IMG/VR virus record: IMGVR_UViG_3300029715_000189
DNA length: 25,425 nucleotides
Direction: 5' to 3' (one strand)
Source: a virus
Taxonomy: Duplodnaviria; Heunggongvirae; Uroviricota; Caudoviricetes
Notes under the pieces: model-generated
What the model was told of the DNA's origin: nothing
What the model saw: only the letters and a program-made list of their open reading frames with translations
Database searches by the model: none
Shown here: one piece after another, positions 9,037 to 18,013 of the stretch
Numbering within the stretch: position 1 is the first letter of the stretch
Layout of the letters: every line of letters starts with the position of its first letter
Made by a program: the position numbers and the translations under genes

Positions 9037-9787
9037 GGAGAAGGGTGATGATGGGAAAGAGAGAATTGGTAGAAGTTGTGGAAGAGTTAAAATCATCCGG
9101 TACATGGATGGTGCCAGCTGGTTGTAAATTTGTTGATGTATTCATTGTTGGTGGCGGTGGCTCTGGTGCATCGTCAGGCCCTAAAAGAGGTGGTGGAGGG
9201 GGGCGGATCGGGGTATGTTAAAACATATCTTGATGTGCCTGTTACTCCAGAAAGTGTTGTTGGCTATTCAATAGGGAAAGGGGGGAGATAGTGTAGTTTC
9301 GATGTCTGCTTACGATGATCAGAAGGATGGTCTTCCAGGGTCAGAGTCCTGGTTTAAATCTAATTCAATAAAAGCTCTTGGCGGAAATGGAGGTCGATAT
9401 TCCGGAAGAGGGGGCGATGGGGGATCAGGTGGTGGTAGTGGAAGACCTGAAGAAAAGACGACAGGATATATTGGTGGAAGTGATGGTTCTAATGGAGCAG
9501 GTGATATGCCTGGAATCGGTCAAGGGAGTACTACCAGATGCCCGTTCAATAATAAATTGTACGCCGGAGGTGGTGGAGGTGGTGGAGAATATAGTTCCGG
9601 ATCAGCACCAGGTGGCGGTGGTATCGGTTATGTCGGAGATATTTCGAGAAGACCTACTAATGGAGAACCCAATACGGGCTCAGGAGGAGGTTCTTTTTAT
9701 ATAAGTGGTTCCAATGTCTCAGGAGGATGCCATTCGGGCACAGGCGGTTCCGGTATCATAATACTTCGTTACATGAAATATAAATAA
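9033..9787 (+). pseudogene. Glycine-rich tail-fibre-type protein interrupted by two frameshifts (or sequencing errors)
   Basis: Removing one G from each G6 run (9198-9203 and 9280-9285) gives one 250-aa ORF: ..VDVFIVGGGGSG..GGGGGSGYVKTYLDVPVTPESVVGYSIGKGGDSVVSMSAY..GTGGSGIIILRY. Confidence 0.75.
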
Positions 9788-9849
9788 GACAAGGTGATTA
9801 TCTGCCATTTTACGCTCACTTTGAAAGCCCATGATTAAATCTCTTTTGC

Positions 9850-9857
9850 TATCTTTG
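9850..9857 (+). promoter_or_regulatory. Bacteroidetes -7 promoter element
   Basis: TATCTTTG 18 nt upstream of ATG 9876. Confidence 0.45.
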
Positions 9858-9875
9858 TGACAAACAGTTAAAAAC

Positions 9876-12800
9876 ATGGTATTGGAAGATAACAGAAACA
9901 TAGCGATACCTCAAACAGGTATGAACCGCGATCTGCATCCGTCAAGCCTTACGGGGCAGCATTATACGTTTGCCTTGAATGCCAACATAGAATCCGAGGA
10001 CGGTAATGTTGGGATGAGATCTAACGAGCACAGTAATCTTAAATGCATTGATTTCGATGGGTTTAAAGTTATTGGTTACAAGAATGATCTTACTTCAGGC
10101 AATATCTATTTTTTTATAACAAATCCTGAAACAGGCGTATCTAAAATAACTTATTTCAAGCCTGAATCCGATACAAGTATCTTATCCGATTCCGATATAG
10201 AATCTATGGTAGAAGGATCGGAGTCGTTGTGTTCTGGCATGAAGACCTTGCTGGAAGACAACGATCAAGATCCGTGCCTTAAGTTCTCTATCTATCATCC
10301 TATAAAAACCATAGAAATAAAGACAGAGAAATGTGGGAAATGTATTTACTGGACTGACGATTATAATCCTCCCAGGTATGTTATTGTAGACAAGGCTCTG
10401 ACTCCTGATGATGAAGGTGATATATGGTATCATTATCATGGGTATAAGATATGCGATAAAGAATACGATAGGAAAAAGTTCATGCAGGAGAATGGTTGTT
10501 TTCTGGCATGTGAGAAACTTAGGGTGTTTCCGCTACTCAAACCCATGTGCATAGAGCCGGCTCAGATAGAGTACGGGGGCAGCCTGCGCTCAGGCGTCTA
10601 CCAGGCTACTGTGGCTCCTTGTGACGAGTTTGGAAATGAGCTTGGAAGTTATTCTAATCCTACTAATCCTGTCCCTATATTCGATGAACAGTATATTACT
10701 CAAAAAGATGGCAAATGGGGAGAACGTACTAATTTAGGTATTAGATTTGTCGTATCTAACATAGATCGTCAAGTTGAATATTTTAAGGTTGTTATCATTC
10801 AAAACACAGTAGGATACAACGGAGAAACCCAACCGGTTGTTGACTATTTTGTAGAAGGTATTCATCCTGTATCAGAAAAGACTATATTGTATTATTCGGA
10901 TCTTAATAACAAACGTACTACATTCGAACACATATCCTTTAAAAAACCTGTATATAACACATCAAGGGGGATTGTAGCTGTCGGGAATCGTCTTCTCCAA
11001 TATGGTCTTACGGCGGAAAAAGAATGGAATTTACAGCCTGTAGTTTCCCTCATGGGACACTTCCTTCAATGGCAGGCATCGGTAGCCCACGAAGATCTGT
11101 ATAAGGACGGCAATGCCTGTTCGTTGTATGTGGGGTATATGAGAAATGAAGTGTATCCGTTTGCGATTTCTTTTAAGTGCTCCAACGGTTACAAAACTCC
11201 GGCATTTGTGTTAATACCTCCCCCTTATAAAGATGCTGCGGCAGAAATAGAAAATAAGGATACTGATAGAGTATATAAATCCATAAACCAATATGCTCCA
11301 CCTTGTTCAGGGCAAGAACGTAAATTCAAGTGGCAGTATTATAATACGGCAGGAGACCCGAAGGATTTCGATGATGAAGAAACAGGACAAGAAGAATGTA
11401 AGAATCCGGCTACTATCGGTCAAACTATAACATTGCAAAATGATTTTAAAACTTATACGAACGTTAGTTTTACATTCAGAAGTCAGATTATAATAGATGA
11501 GGTGATTAATTATTTTTCATCTAATATAAAAGACATCGCATGTAATACCGCTACAGAAGAACCTAATAATGCTGCTGCCAATGAAATATGCGATATATTC
11601 AACAGCTACGGAGATCCTGACGATCCTAATACAGAGGATCAAAAAGAAGCTATAGATGGTATCGAGGCTCCTGAGCTTGGGGCCGAGTGTACTGATGCGC
11701 ACCGCCAGTATTCGCTTATTACAGCTCCGGTAGATCGTATTGTGGGTTTCCGTGAAGAATATACGTATAAGGAGCTTGAGGATATGGAACACGTATCTAC
11801 CGACTACCTATATACTACCGGCGGTGAAAAGCAGGATAAGTATTCTGTGTTATTTAACTGGGAACTACAGGAACAGATGATAGAGTTCATGGACAAGTAT
11901 TTCTTTGCCGATGACGAAGATGGTGGTCATTGGGCTGGATTCTGGTCGGGAGATGATGGGACTAAGGCGTGTGCTGTGTACGATTCTCTGTTACAACCGT
12001 CTGTTATATTACAGTCTATAGCCGAAGCTATTTATGTTCTGGATTCTATGCCGTGTACTTGCGGATGTTTTATAGAAGAGCCTTGTCTTAATCCTACTGT
12101 TGCCAGAAGCGATTATAACTCATTCCAGTCATCTTCTACACTTCTTGGAGCATACCTGCTTATGAATGATGTGTGGAATGATGATAAAGGAGAAAGTAAG
12201 GTCTGCTTCCCGGACAGCAATCACTGTCTTCCAGATTGGCGTGCCGGACGTTCTTCGAGCACTATCCACAACGACGCCTACAGGTCAAGGATAGCGCCTG
12301 GAGCCCTGATAAGGGACACTTGGCCTGAGATAGAGAGGAAGATAGATGATTATTCATATAATTTCCTTGATACCGGTTACGTTCCAGAAGGAGATTACGG
12401 AGATGGATGGACCTGGGATTCTTATGCTAATTTAGCTGACAATAACGTAGGCGCTCTTATTCCTGAAGATGTTAAAGGTTCTACGATGTTTACGTCAGAG
12501 TTGTTGGTATGGAGGTTTACGAAATGCGTGCTTCGTAACGCCCGTTTCCTTCATATTACAAGACCTAAAGAATGGGATGATCCTGATTTCCCGGCCAAGG
12601 ACAAAGTTCTTTATCTGGAATCTTTGGGTAAAATAGATGGTCTTATGGATGCTGTGTCCACACAATATGTCCGTCTTTCTTTCTGGAAATCATTAGATCC
12701 AAGATACAAAGGAAGCAATAGGAAGATAGATAAGGATAATCTCAACTTTGATTGGGAGAAGGTCATGGATGAAGGCGATAATTATGTTATTGTTGGAGCA

Positions 12801-15800
12801 TCCCGTCCTTATTTTGGGCACATAGGCGAATCTTTCTTCGATAAGTACCCTGATGGATTGTATGTAGCCATAGACTGCCCTATCGTATCATGCCCTTGGA
12901 TTTTTACCGTCCGACAAATTGATTTCTGTAAGGTCAAAGACGATGGAGAAGAGGAGAACAGTAAGAATCCGTCAAGAGGTTTGGTAGGCACATCTTACGT
13001 CCTTGGTAAAACTATATACCCCTATATTTTTGGTATCAGAGAAAAGGAAATAGACCGGATAAATGTACGGGCAAAAGAAATATCGTTAAGGGCCACAGTA
13101 GAATACGCCAGCCAGTGTACGATATGCGGGGATCGTCCCATAAACTGCGCTCCAAGGAAATACAAGTACGGTGATTTCGCTTACTGGGAATCGTCTGAGA
13201 AGTATCCTGCTAATTTTGAACTGTATGACAGTAGTAAGGTTAAGATAAGTGATCATGGTTATGAAGGCAATTCCAAGAAAGCTTACGACAATATCGTATC
13301 CAAGCTTACTGAATACTACGGTTCCCCTTCTACGGATGACAAGGGAATGATGTCTTTTAAAGGTCATAAATATGGTACGGTAGATACCAGTACCGTCTTT
13401 TGCCAACAACCTATCCGGCATTATAAGTTCCCGGACAACGATCATATGCTTTTCATGAACCGGGATGTTAGGTCTTATGATGTTCCTTCCGATATTTATC
13501 CTATAGGAATATTAGTAGACGAGGATATGATTAACGTCTTCCTTGATTTTGCTGTAGATTCCGGATTGATAACCAAAGAGCAGCGAGATATGGTTACAGG
13601 ATATGAAATATATAGAGGTGACAGACGTCTTAATCGTTCTGTTATAGCCACCGGAATAGCTTACGACATGTACAGGTATTCCGGTCAAAACTCGAATCTT
13701 AATCTGTATCCTAATTATCCGTATAATGATTTATCGGATGACTCTTTTAATTACGCAACTGAAAAAAGGGTATCGTTTATAACCCACCCATTTTTCAGAA
13801 GAGGAAACGTGTGGTATGCATTTAGTTCTCCTGATATTTATTTCAATAAACCTGAAACCCCTACGGAGGTAGCTATAGAAGGTTTTATAAGGGGAATGTC
13901 TGTAGGAAACTTTGATGAGGTTGGAGATCATCCTAAATGGACTATCTTAGGGAAACAATCATATAAGATGGCGGCTACGTTGGCTAACATCGAATCTACG
14001 GCCACCATAGCTTCTCAGATAGCGGAAGAGCTTATGAACCGTTCTACGTCTGCGTATGTAGGTGTGATAGGTAATATCAATATGGCAATGATATTCGCTT
14101 CAATGATTGCCACCATATCTGATACGCTTGCTAAAAGACCTGTATTGTATGGTAAGTACAGATATGATTGGCTCACGACATTCATAAACAATGGCCCAAG
14201 AAGAAACCATGCTTTTTATTACACGTCTGTAGGTTACTACAATAGCATGATGGGCTTCGATGATACGGCTCCATACGAACAAAACAGATTAAGGGGATTG
14301 GCTAACACCAAGAGTCTTAAATCAGGTATGTACCCCATATCCGACCCGTCTACGACATCATCTTGGGTTACTGGAGAAGATGTGGGTGATGATAACCAAA
14401 ACGCTTCAAAAGATTTCTTGTTTATAAATAACATAGATAGAGAATCCTCCATGTTCTTGTCTTTTGGAGATCCGGGAGAAAAGGATCCTGATACAAGCAT
14501 CTTAAATTCAAAGTATCTTGTATCGTATCCTATGCAGGCCCAGGTATATGATACAAGTCGTATCCATGACCCTGTTATCATGGCTTCTGATGCTGGATCT
14601 AAAGAATCTTTTGAAAGGACGAAGATGTTATCTTATATCTGTTCTCCATATATGAAGCTTATGCGGTACAGACCCGATCAGTATGGAGCTATAGAAGACA
14701 TCAAATGGATATCAGTAGGAGGATGTGGATTCTTCCAAGGAGGGAAACAACCTCTGTTTGGCGGTGACACCTACATATCGAGGTTTTCCATGAAACGGAA
14801 ATTCCCATTTTTTTATAATACTGCTTTTGGTATAGGGGATATGATACCATTTGCTTACAATGATTACCGAAATGTCGGATTTCCCAGGTATTTCGTTAAT
14901 TACGATACTGGAGAAGATATGCTTGAGCATACTGACAACGAACGTTTTAATAGCTGGGCATCATCAAGCAAAGGAACGTATTCTTTTTATCCAAACAGAA
15001 AAAGTTTGTATAATTTAAATGGCGAGAACGAGGCTAAGAAATACGTGGATGGTAGATTCTATCTGTGGTCTTATGGTATTCCTCAATTCCTCGTAGAATC
15101 GGAAATAAACTGCAATTTCCGATTAGAAGGAGTAGAGCCTCATGAATGGTTTTATCCGGCTCATGGTGATTTTGCTTGGTGGACACAAGAAAAGAACGTA
15201 TCTATCCATAGGGACAATGATTACAAGATAAGTCCTATCTACTCATCAAGAATGACGTTGACACCTAATGTATTGCCGGCGACATACGAACGTCGTTTTT
15301 ATGATTGTGCTTACCAGCGACCTAATGGTGTTATATGGAGTAGGGCTGACGTATCTGAAAACAGTCAAACAGATCCGTGGCTAACGTATAAGCCTATGGA
15401 CTATCATGAGTTCCCAACCAGCAACGGGAAGCTTATTCACATGAAGCGTATTGAATCCGATCAGATCCTTGTCAGGTTCGAGGACCAGGTTTCACTCCAT
15501 AACGCCATAGACGTAATCAAGGAGCGCACCTCCCCAGGGCAGGCTGAGATGGGCACCGGCGGCCTGTTCGCGTCCCGGCCTCTGGAGTACAACACGACCG
15601 ACCTCGGTTATTCTGGAACCCAGAGCACTGAAATAATTAGTTCAGAATTTGGTCACTTCTGGGTAGATACTAAAAGAGCACAAGTGTTTATGACCGATCC
15701 GAACGGACGTAATCTCAAGGAACTTAGTGTAGGTATCAGACATTGGCTTAAGCGTCATCTTCCGTTTAAGATTCTTAGATATGGAATAACTAATATCTTA

Positions 15801-16739
15801 ACCGGTACAGAAATGACAGAAGAAGATACGGATAATAAATTTATCGGTCTTGGTCTGTCTCTTGGATGGGATAATAGGTATAAGAGGGTACTTATCACGA
15901 AAAAAGATTATATACCTGTTAAGAACCCGGCATATTACAAATATGATGGTGGAAGGTTCTTGTACAATGAAACAGAGGTGTTGTCAAACGATAAGGAAAT
16001 ATCCTTAAAAGACGAACAGTATTTCAAGGATGTGTCGTTCACTATCGGATATTCGTGTCTGAAGCAAGAATGGATTTCTTATTATTCGTTCTGCCCTGAC
16101 TATTATATAGAGCAGCAACAATATTTCCAGACAGGAATAAACTTCCCGGCATCAGACGAAGAAGGTGGCTTATGGAGTCATTTGCTGACGAATAAGAGCT
16201 TCCAAACATTTTATGGAACAACATATCCATTTATATTAGAAGTGCCGATAAAAGAGAAATATAACGGTTCTACTCTGGCTTCTGTTGAGTATGAGCTTGA
16301 TGCAAGGAAATATGTAGATGATGTGAATTACACACTTGACAGAAAAGTGGGTTTGGATACGATAACTATCTACAACGACACAAACAACTCAGGTGAAATT
16401 CATCTTGTTCCAGAAGAAAAGAATAATTTAGCGCAACGCATATCGTATCCGAAGATCGTAGGCGACCATACTGAGGTCCTGGATACTGAGGTATATAGAA
16501 GACATAAGTTAAATGACTTCTTTAATAGGGTTGACGATGACCGGTCAGAGACCCCTATTTGGATCAAGGACGATAACGATATAAATAAGTCAGTTAATCC
16601 TGATGCTCTTAATTTTAGACGGTCATGGCTGGATAGGTTGCGTGGTAGCTGGATGCTGATGAGGATAAAGAAAGTAATTAGCAACCGGAAGATTATATTC
16701 CAGTGGTTGATTTCTGAGGATAAGATTAAGAATAGATAA
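9876..16739 (+). CDS. Tail stabilisation / muzzle-like protein (crAss-like Tstab, P22 gp10-like), 2287 aa
   Basis: N-terminal GMNRDLHPSSL...YTFALNANI, YMRNEVYPFAI, GGDTYISRF and a C-terminal WISYYSFCPDYY resemble crAss-like stabilisation proteins. Size and position are consistent. Confidence 0.7.
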   Translation: MVLEDNRNIAIPQTGMNRDLHPSSLTGQHYTFALNANIESEDGNVGMRSNEHSNLKCIDFDGFKVIGYKNDLTSGNIYFFITNPETGVSKITYFKPESDTSILSDSDIESMVEGSESLCSGMKTLLEDNDQDPCLKFSIYHPIKTIEIKTEKCGKCIYWTDDYNPPRYVIVDKALTPDDEGDIWYHYHGYKICDKEYDRKKFMQENGCFLACEKLRVFPLLKPMCIEPAQIEYGGSLRSGVYQATVAPCDEFGNELGSYSNPTNPVPIFDEQYITQKDGKWGERTNLGIRFVVSNIDRQVEYFKVVIIQNTVGYNGETQPVVDYFVEGIHPVSEKTILYYSDLNNKRTTFEHISFKKPVYNTSRGIVAVGNRLLQYGLTAEKEWNLQPVVSLMGHFLQWQASVAHEDLYKDGNACSLYVGYMRNEVYPFAISFKCSNGYKTPAFVLIPPPYKDAAAEIENKDTDRVYKSINQYAPPCSGQERKFKWQYYNTAGDPKDFDDEETGQEECKNPATIGQTITLQNDFKTYTNVSFTFRSQIIIDEVINYFSSNIKDIACNTATEEPNNAAANEICDIFNSYGDPDDPNTEDQKEAIDGIEAPELGAECTDAHRQYSLITAPVDRIVGFREEYTYKELEDMEHVSTDYLYTTGGEKQDKYSVLFNWELQEQMIEFMDKYFFADDEDGGHWAGFWSGDDGTKACAVYDSLLQPSVILQSIAEAIYVLDSMPCTCGCFIEEPCLNPTVARSDYNSFQSSSTLLGAYLLMNDVWNDDKGESKVCFPDSNHCLPDWRAGRSSSTIHNDAYRSRIAPGALIRDTWPEIERKIDDYSYNFLDTGYVPEGDYGDGWTWDSYANLADNNVGALIPEDVKGSTMFTSELLVWRFTKCVLRNARFLHITRPKEWDDPDFPAKDKVLYLESLGKIDGLMDAVSTQYVRLSFWKSLDPRYKGSNRKIDKDNLNFDWEKVMDEGDNYVIVGASRPYFGHIGESFFDKYPDGLYVAIDCPIVSCPWIFTVRQIDFCKVKDDGEEENSKNPSRGLVGTSYVLGKTIYPYIFGIREKEIDRINVRAKEISLRATVEYASQCTICGDRPINCAPRKYKYGDFAYWESSEKYPANFELYDSSKVKISDHGYEGNSKKAYDNIVSKLTEYYGSPSTDDKGMMSFKGHKYGTVDTSTVFCQQPIRHYKFPDNDHMLFMNRDVRSYDVPSDIYPIGILVDEDMINVFLDFAVDSGLITKEQRDMVTGYEIYRGDRRLNRSVIATGIAYDMYRYSGQNSNLNLYPNYPYNDLSDDSFNYATEKRVSFITHPFFRRGNVWYAFSSPDIYFNKPETPTEVAIEGFIRGMSVGNFDEVGDHPKWTILGKQSYKMAATLANIESTATIASQIAEELMNRSTSAYVGVIGNINMAMIFASMIATISDTLAKRPVLYGKYRYDWLTTFINNGPRRNHAFYYTSVGYYNSMMGFDDTAPYEQNRLRGLANTKSLKSGMYPISDPSTTSSWVTGEDVGDDNQNASKDFLFINNIDRESSMFLSFGDPGEKDPDTSILNSKYLVSYPMQAQVYDTSRIHDPVIMASDAGSKESFERTKMLSYICSPYMKLMRYRPDQYGAIEDIKWISVGGCGFFQGGKQPLFGGDTYISRFSMKRKFPFFYNTAFGIGDMIPFAYNDYRNVGFPRYFVNYDTGEDMLEHTDNERFNSWASSSKGTYSFYPNRKSLYNLNGENEAKKYVDGRFYLWSYGIPQFLVESEINCNFRLEGVEPHEWFYPAHGDFAWWTQEKNVSIHRDNDYKISPIYSSRMTLTPNVLPATYERRFYDCAYQRPNGVIWSRADVSENSQTDPWLTYKPMDYHEFPTSNGKLIHMKRIESDQILVRFEDQVSLHNAIDVIKERTSPGQAEMGTGGLFASRPLEYNTTDLGYSGTQSTEIISSEFGHFWVDTKRAQVFMTDPNGRNLKELSVGIRHWLKRHLPFKILRYGITNILTGTEMTEEDTDNKFIGLGLSLGWDNRYKRVLITKKDYIPVKNPAYYKYDGGRFLYNETEVLSNDKEISLKDEQYFKDVSFTIGYSCLKQEWISYYSFCPDYYIEQQQYFQTGINFPASDEEGGLWSHLLTNKSFQTFYGTTYPFILEVPIKEKYNGSTLASVEYELDARKYVDDVNYTLDRKVGLDTITIYNDTNNSGEIHLVPEEKNNLAQRISYPKIVGDHTEVLDTEVYRRHKLNDFFNRVDDDRSETPIWIKDDNDINKSVNPDALNFRRSWLDRLRGSWMLMRIKKVISNRKIIFQWLISEDKIKNR

Positions 16740-16778
16740 ATTACAATATTTAATAAGTTGAAAATAAGTAGTTTTTAT

Positions 16779-16809
16779 TTTGTGATTTAATAATAGTTTA
16801 ACATATTTG
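16779..16809 (+). promoter_or_regulatory. Bacteroidetes-type promoter (-33 TTTG / -7 CATATTTG)
   Basis: TTTG at 16779-16782, a 19-nt spacer, then CATATTTG at 16802-16809 (one mismatch to TAnnTTTG). Confidence 0.55.
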
Positions 16810-16876
16810 TAGCGCCTATCGATCCATCGCGGACAGATAGGCGCTTATTTATTAACAATAAAAACGATGTAAAATT

Positions 16877-17628
16877 ATGAAAAGTAACGTGTTATTGCAA
16901 TCAGAAAGCAGAGAATTGTTGGGTAGGAACATCTCTGTTATGTCAAAAGACGGTTTTGTGTGTATAACAGAGGTAATGGAAGCTTTGACTGAAAAGAGGG
17001 AAAAACAGGGTTTGGCTCCAAAAAGATTAGATGATTTAATGAGTACAAAAGGATTTCAAGAGAAAATGTATGCTTTAGTTAAGAGACTGAATATAAACAA
17101 TATATGTACTGCGGTAAAAATCGCACTACAAAAAAAAACGATCTGTGTATTAGCAAGTTGACTGATCTTAAAAAATATCATATGGCTTACAGAAAAGGAA
17201 AAGGAAAAGATCAGAAATGGTTTGTGGATCCTTATTTCTTTGTAATGGTTGCATTGGAATTAGATCCAGATATATATGCGAGTGTAGTTATATGGCTTAC
17301 TGATGGCCTTATCAAGAATAGAAATATGGCAGGTGATGCTTATATAAGAACATGTAAATCTGTAGGATCACTTGTAAAAAACAAAAATGAATTATCTGAT
17401 AAGATAAAAAGGATAGCAGAGGCTATTGATTTTATTGTATTCAATAAACATGAGGATGGAATAAGAAATATGGCAACGGAAGAACAACTTAATGATATAA
17501 CGGAATTAGAAATAGCCATAAGTTCGATAATAGACGGAGGATTTATAACAAACTACAATGATCTTATATCTTATTTAGGCAAGGAGTGGAAAAAAAGATG
17601 GGGTAATCCAATTATGGCTCTAAAATAA
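16877..17628 (+). CDS. KilA-N-like DNA-binding protein split by a -1 frameshift at an A9 run
   Basis: ORFs 16877..17161 and 17104..17628 overlap at A9 (17130-17138). The joined product has KilA-N-like hallmarks (DGFVCITEVMEAL..KGKGKDQKWFVDPYFFVMVALELDP). Confidence 0.7.
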
Positions 17629-17662
17629 TTTATCCAAATTAATCTATTTTAAATCATTTTAA

Positions 17663-17693
17663 TTTGTAAATCATATTTTAGTGTCCATATTTG
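17663..17693 (+). promoter_or_regulatory. Bacteroidetes-type promoter driving the ncRNA array
   Basis: TTTG at 17663-17666, a 19-nt spacer, then CATATTTG at 17686-17693. Confidence 0.6.
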
Positions 17694-17720
17694 CATCGTA
17701 ATCAAGAGAGATTATAATGT

Positions 17721-17860
17721 AAGACAGTGGTGATGGAAGGTGATACTTCGGTTTGTGTCATAGGTTCGAGTCCTATATTTTTCATGTAAGAAAAATTAGA
17801 TCAGTTGGTAGATCAAAACCTCCTTTCATATCAAAACACCTTCCAGGTTCTCCCTGTTTT
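17721..17860 (+). ncRNA. Y RNA-like RNA 1 with a circularly permuted tRNA domain (YrlA-type)
   Basis: Closing stems AAGACAG/CTGTTTT and TGGAAGGTG/CACCTTCCA. Inner GGTTT/AAACC stem encloses a T arm ATAGG-TTCGAGT-CCTAT, a capped acceptor stem ATTTTTC-ATGTAA-GAAAAAT and a D arm GATC-AGTTGGTA-GATC. It lies upstream of the Ro60 gene. Confidence 0.85.
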
Positions 17861-17870
17861 AATAAAATAT

Positions 17871-17995
17871 ACAGATGGTGAGGAGTTCGGTTACTTCGAA
17901 AATTAGCGTAGTGGATAACGCGGTATTCTGCAAAAATACTTTTCATTGGTTCGAATCCAATATTTTCATTTTGTCCGGCTCCGTTTTTCCTCTGT
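17871..17995 (+). ncRNA. Y RNA-like RNA 2 containing a tRNA-Cys(GCA)-like cloverleaf
   Basis: Closing stems ACAGA/TCTGT and GGAGTTCGG/CCGGCTCC. Cloverleaf at 17898-17968: GAAAAT/ATTTTC, D arm GCGT-AGTGGATA-ACGC, anticodon arm GTATT-CTGCAAA-AATAC, T arm ATTGG-TTCGAAT-CCAAT. Confidence 0.8.
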
Positions 17996-18013
17996 TTGAA
18001 ATATATAAAAACT

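Noticed and set aside
1..9787. Diversity-generating retroelement acting on the fibre genes
   Set aside because: No reverse transcriptase and no template/variable repeat pair differing at adenines was seen.
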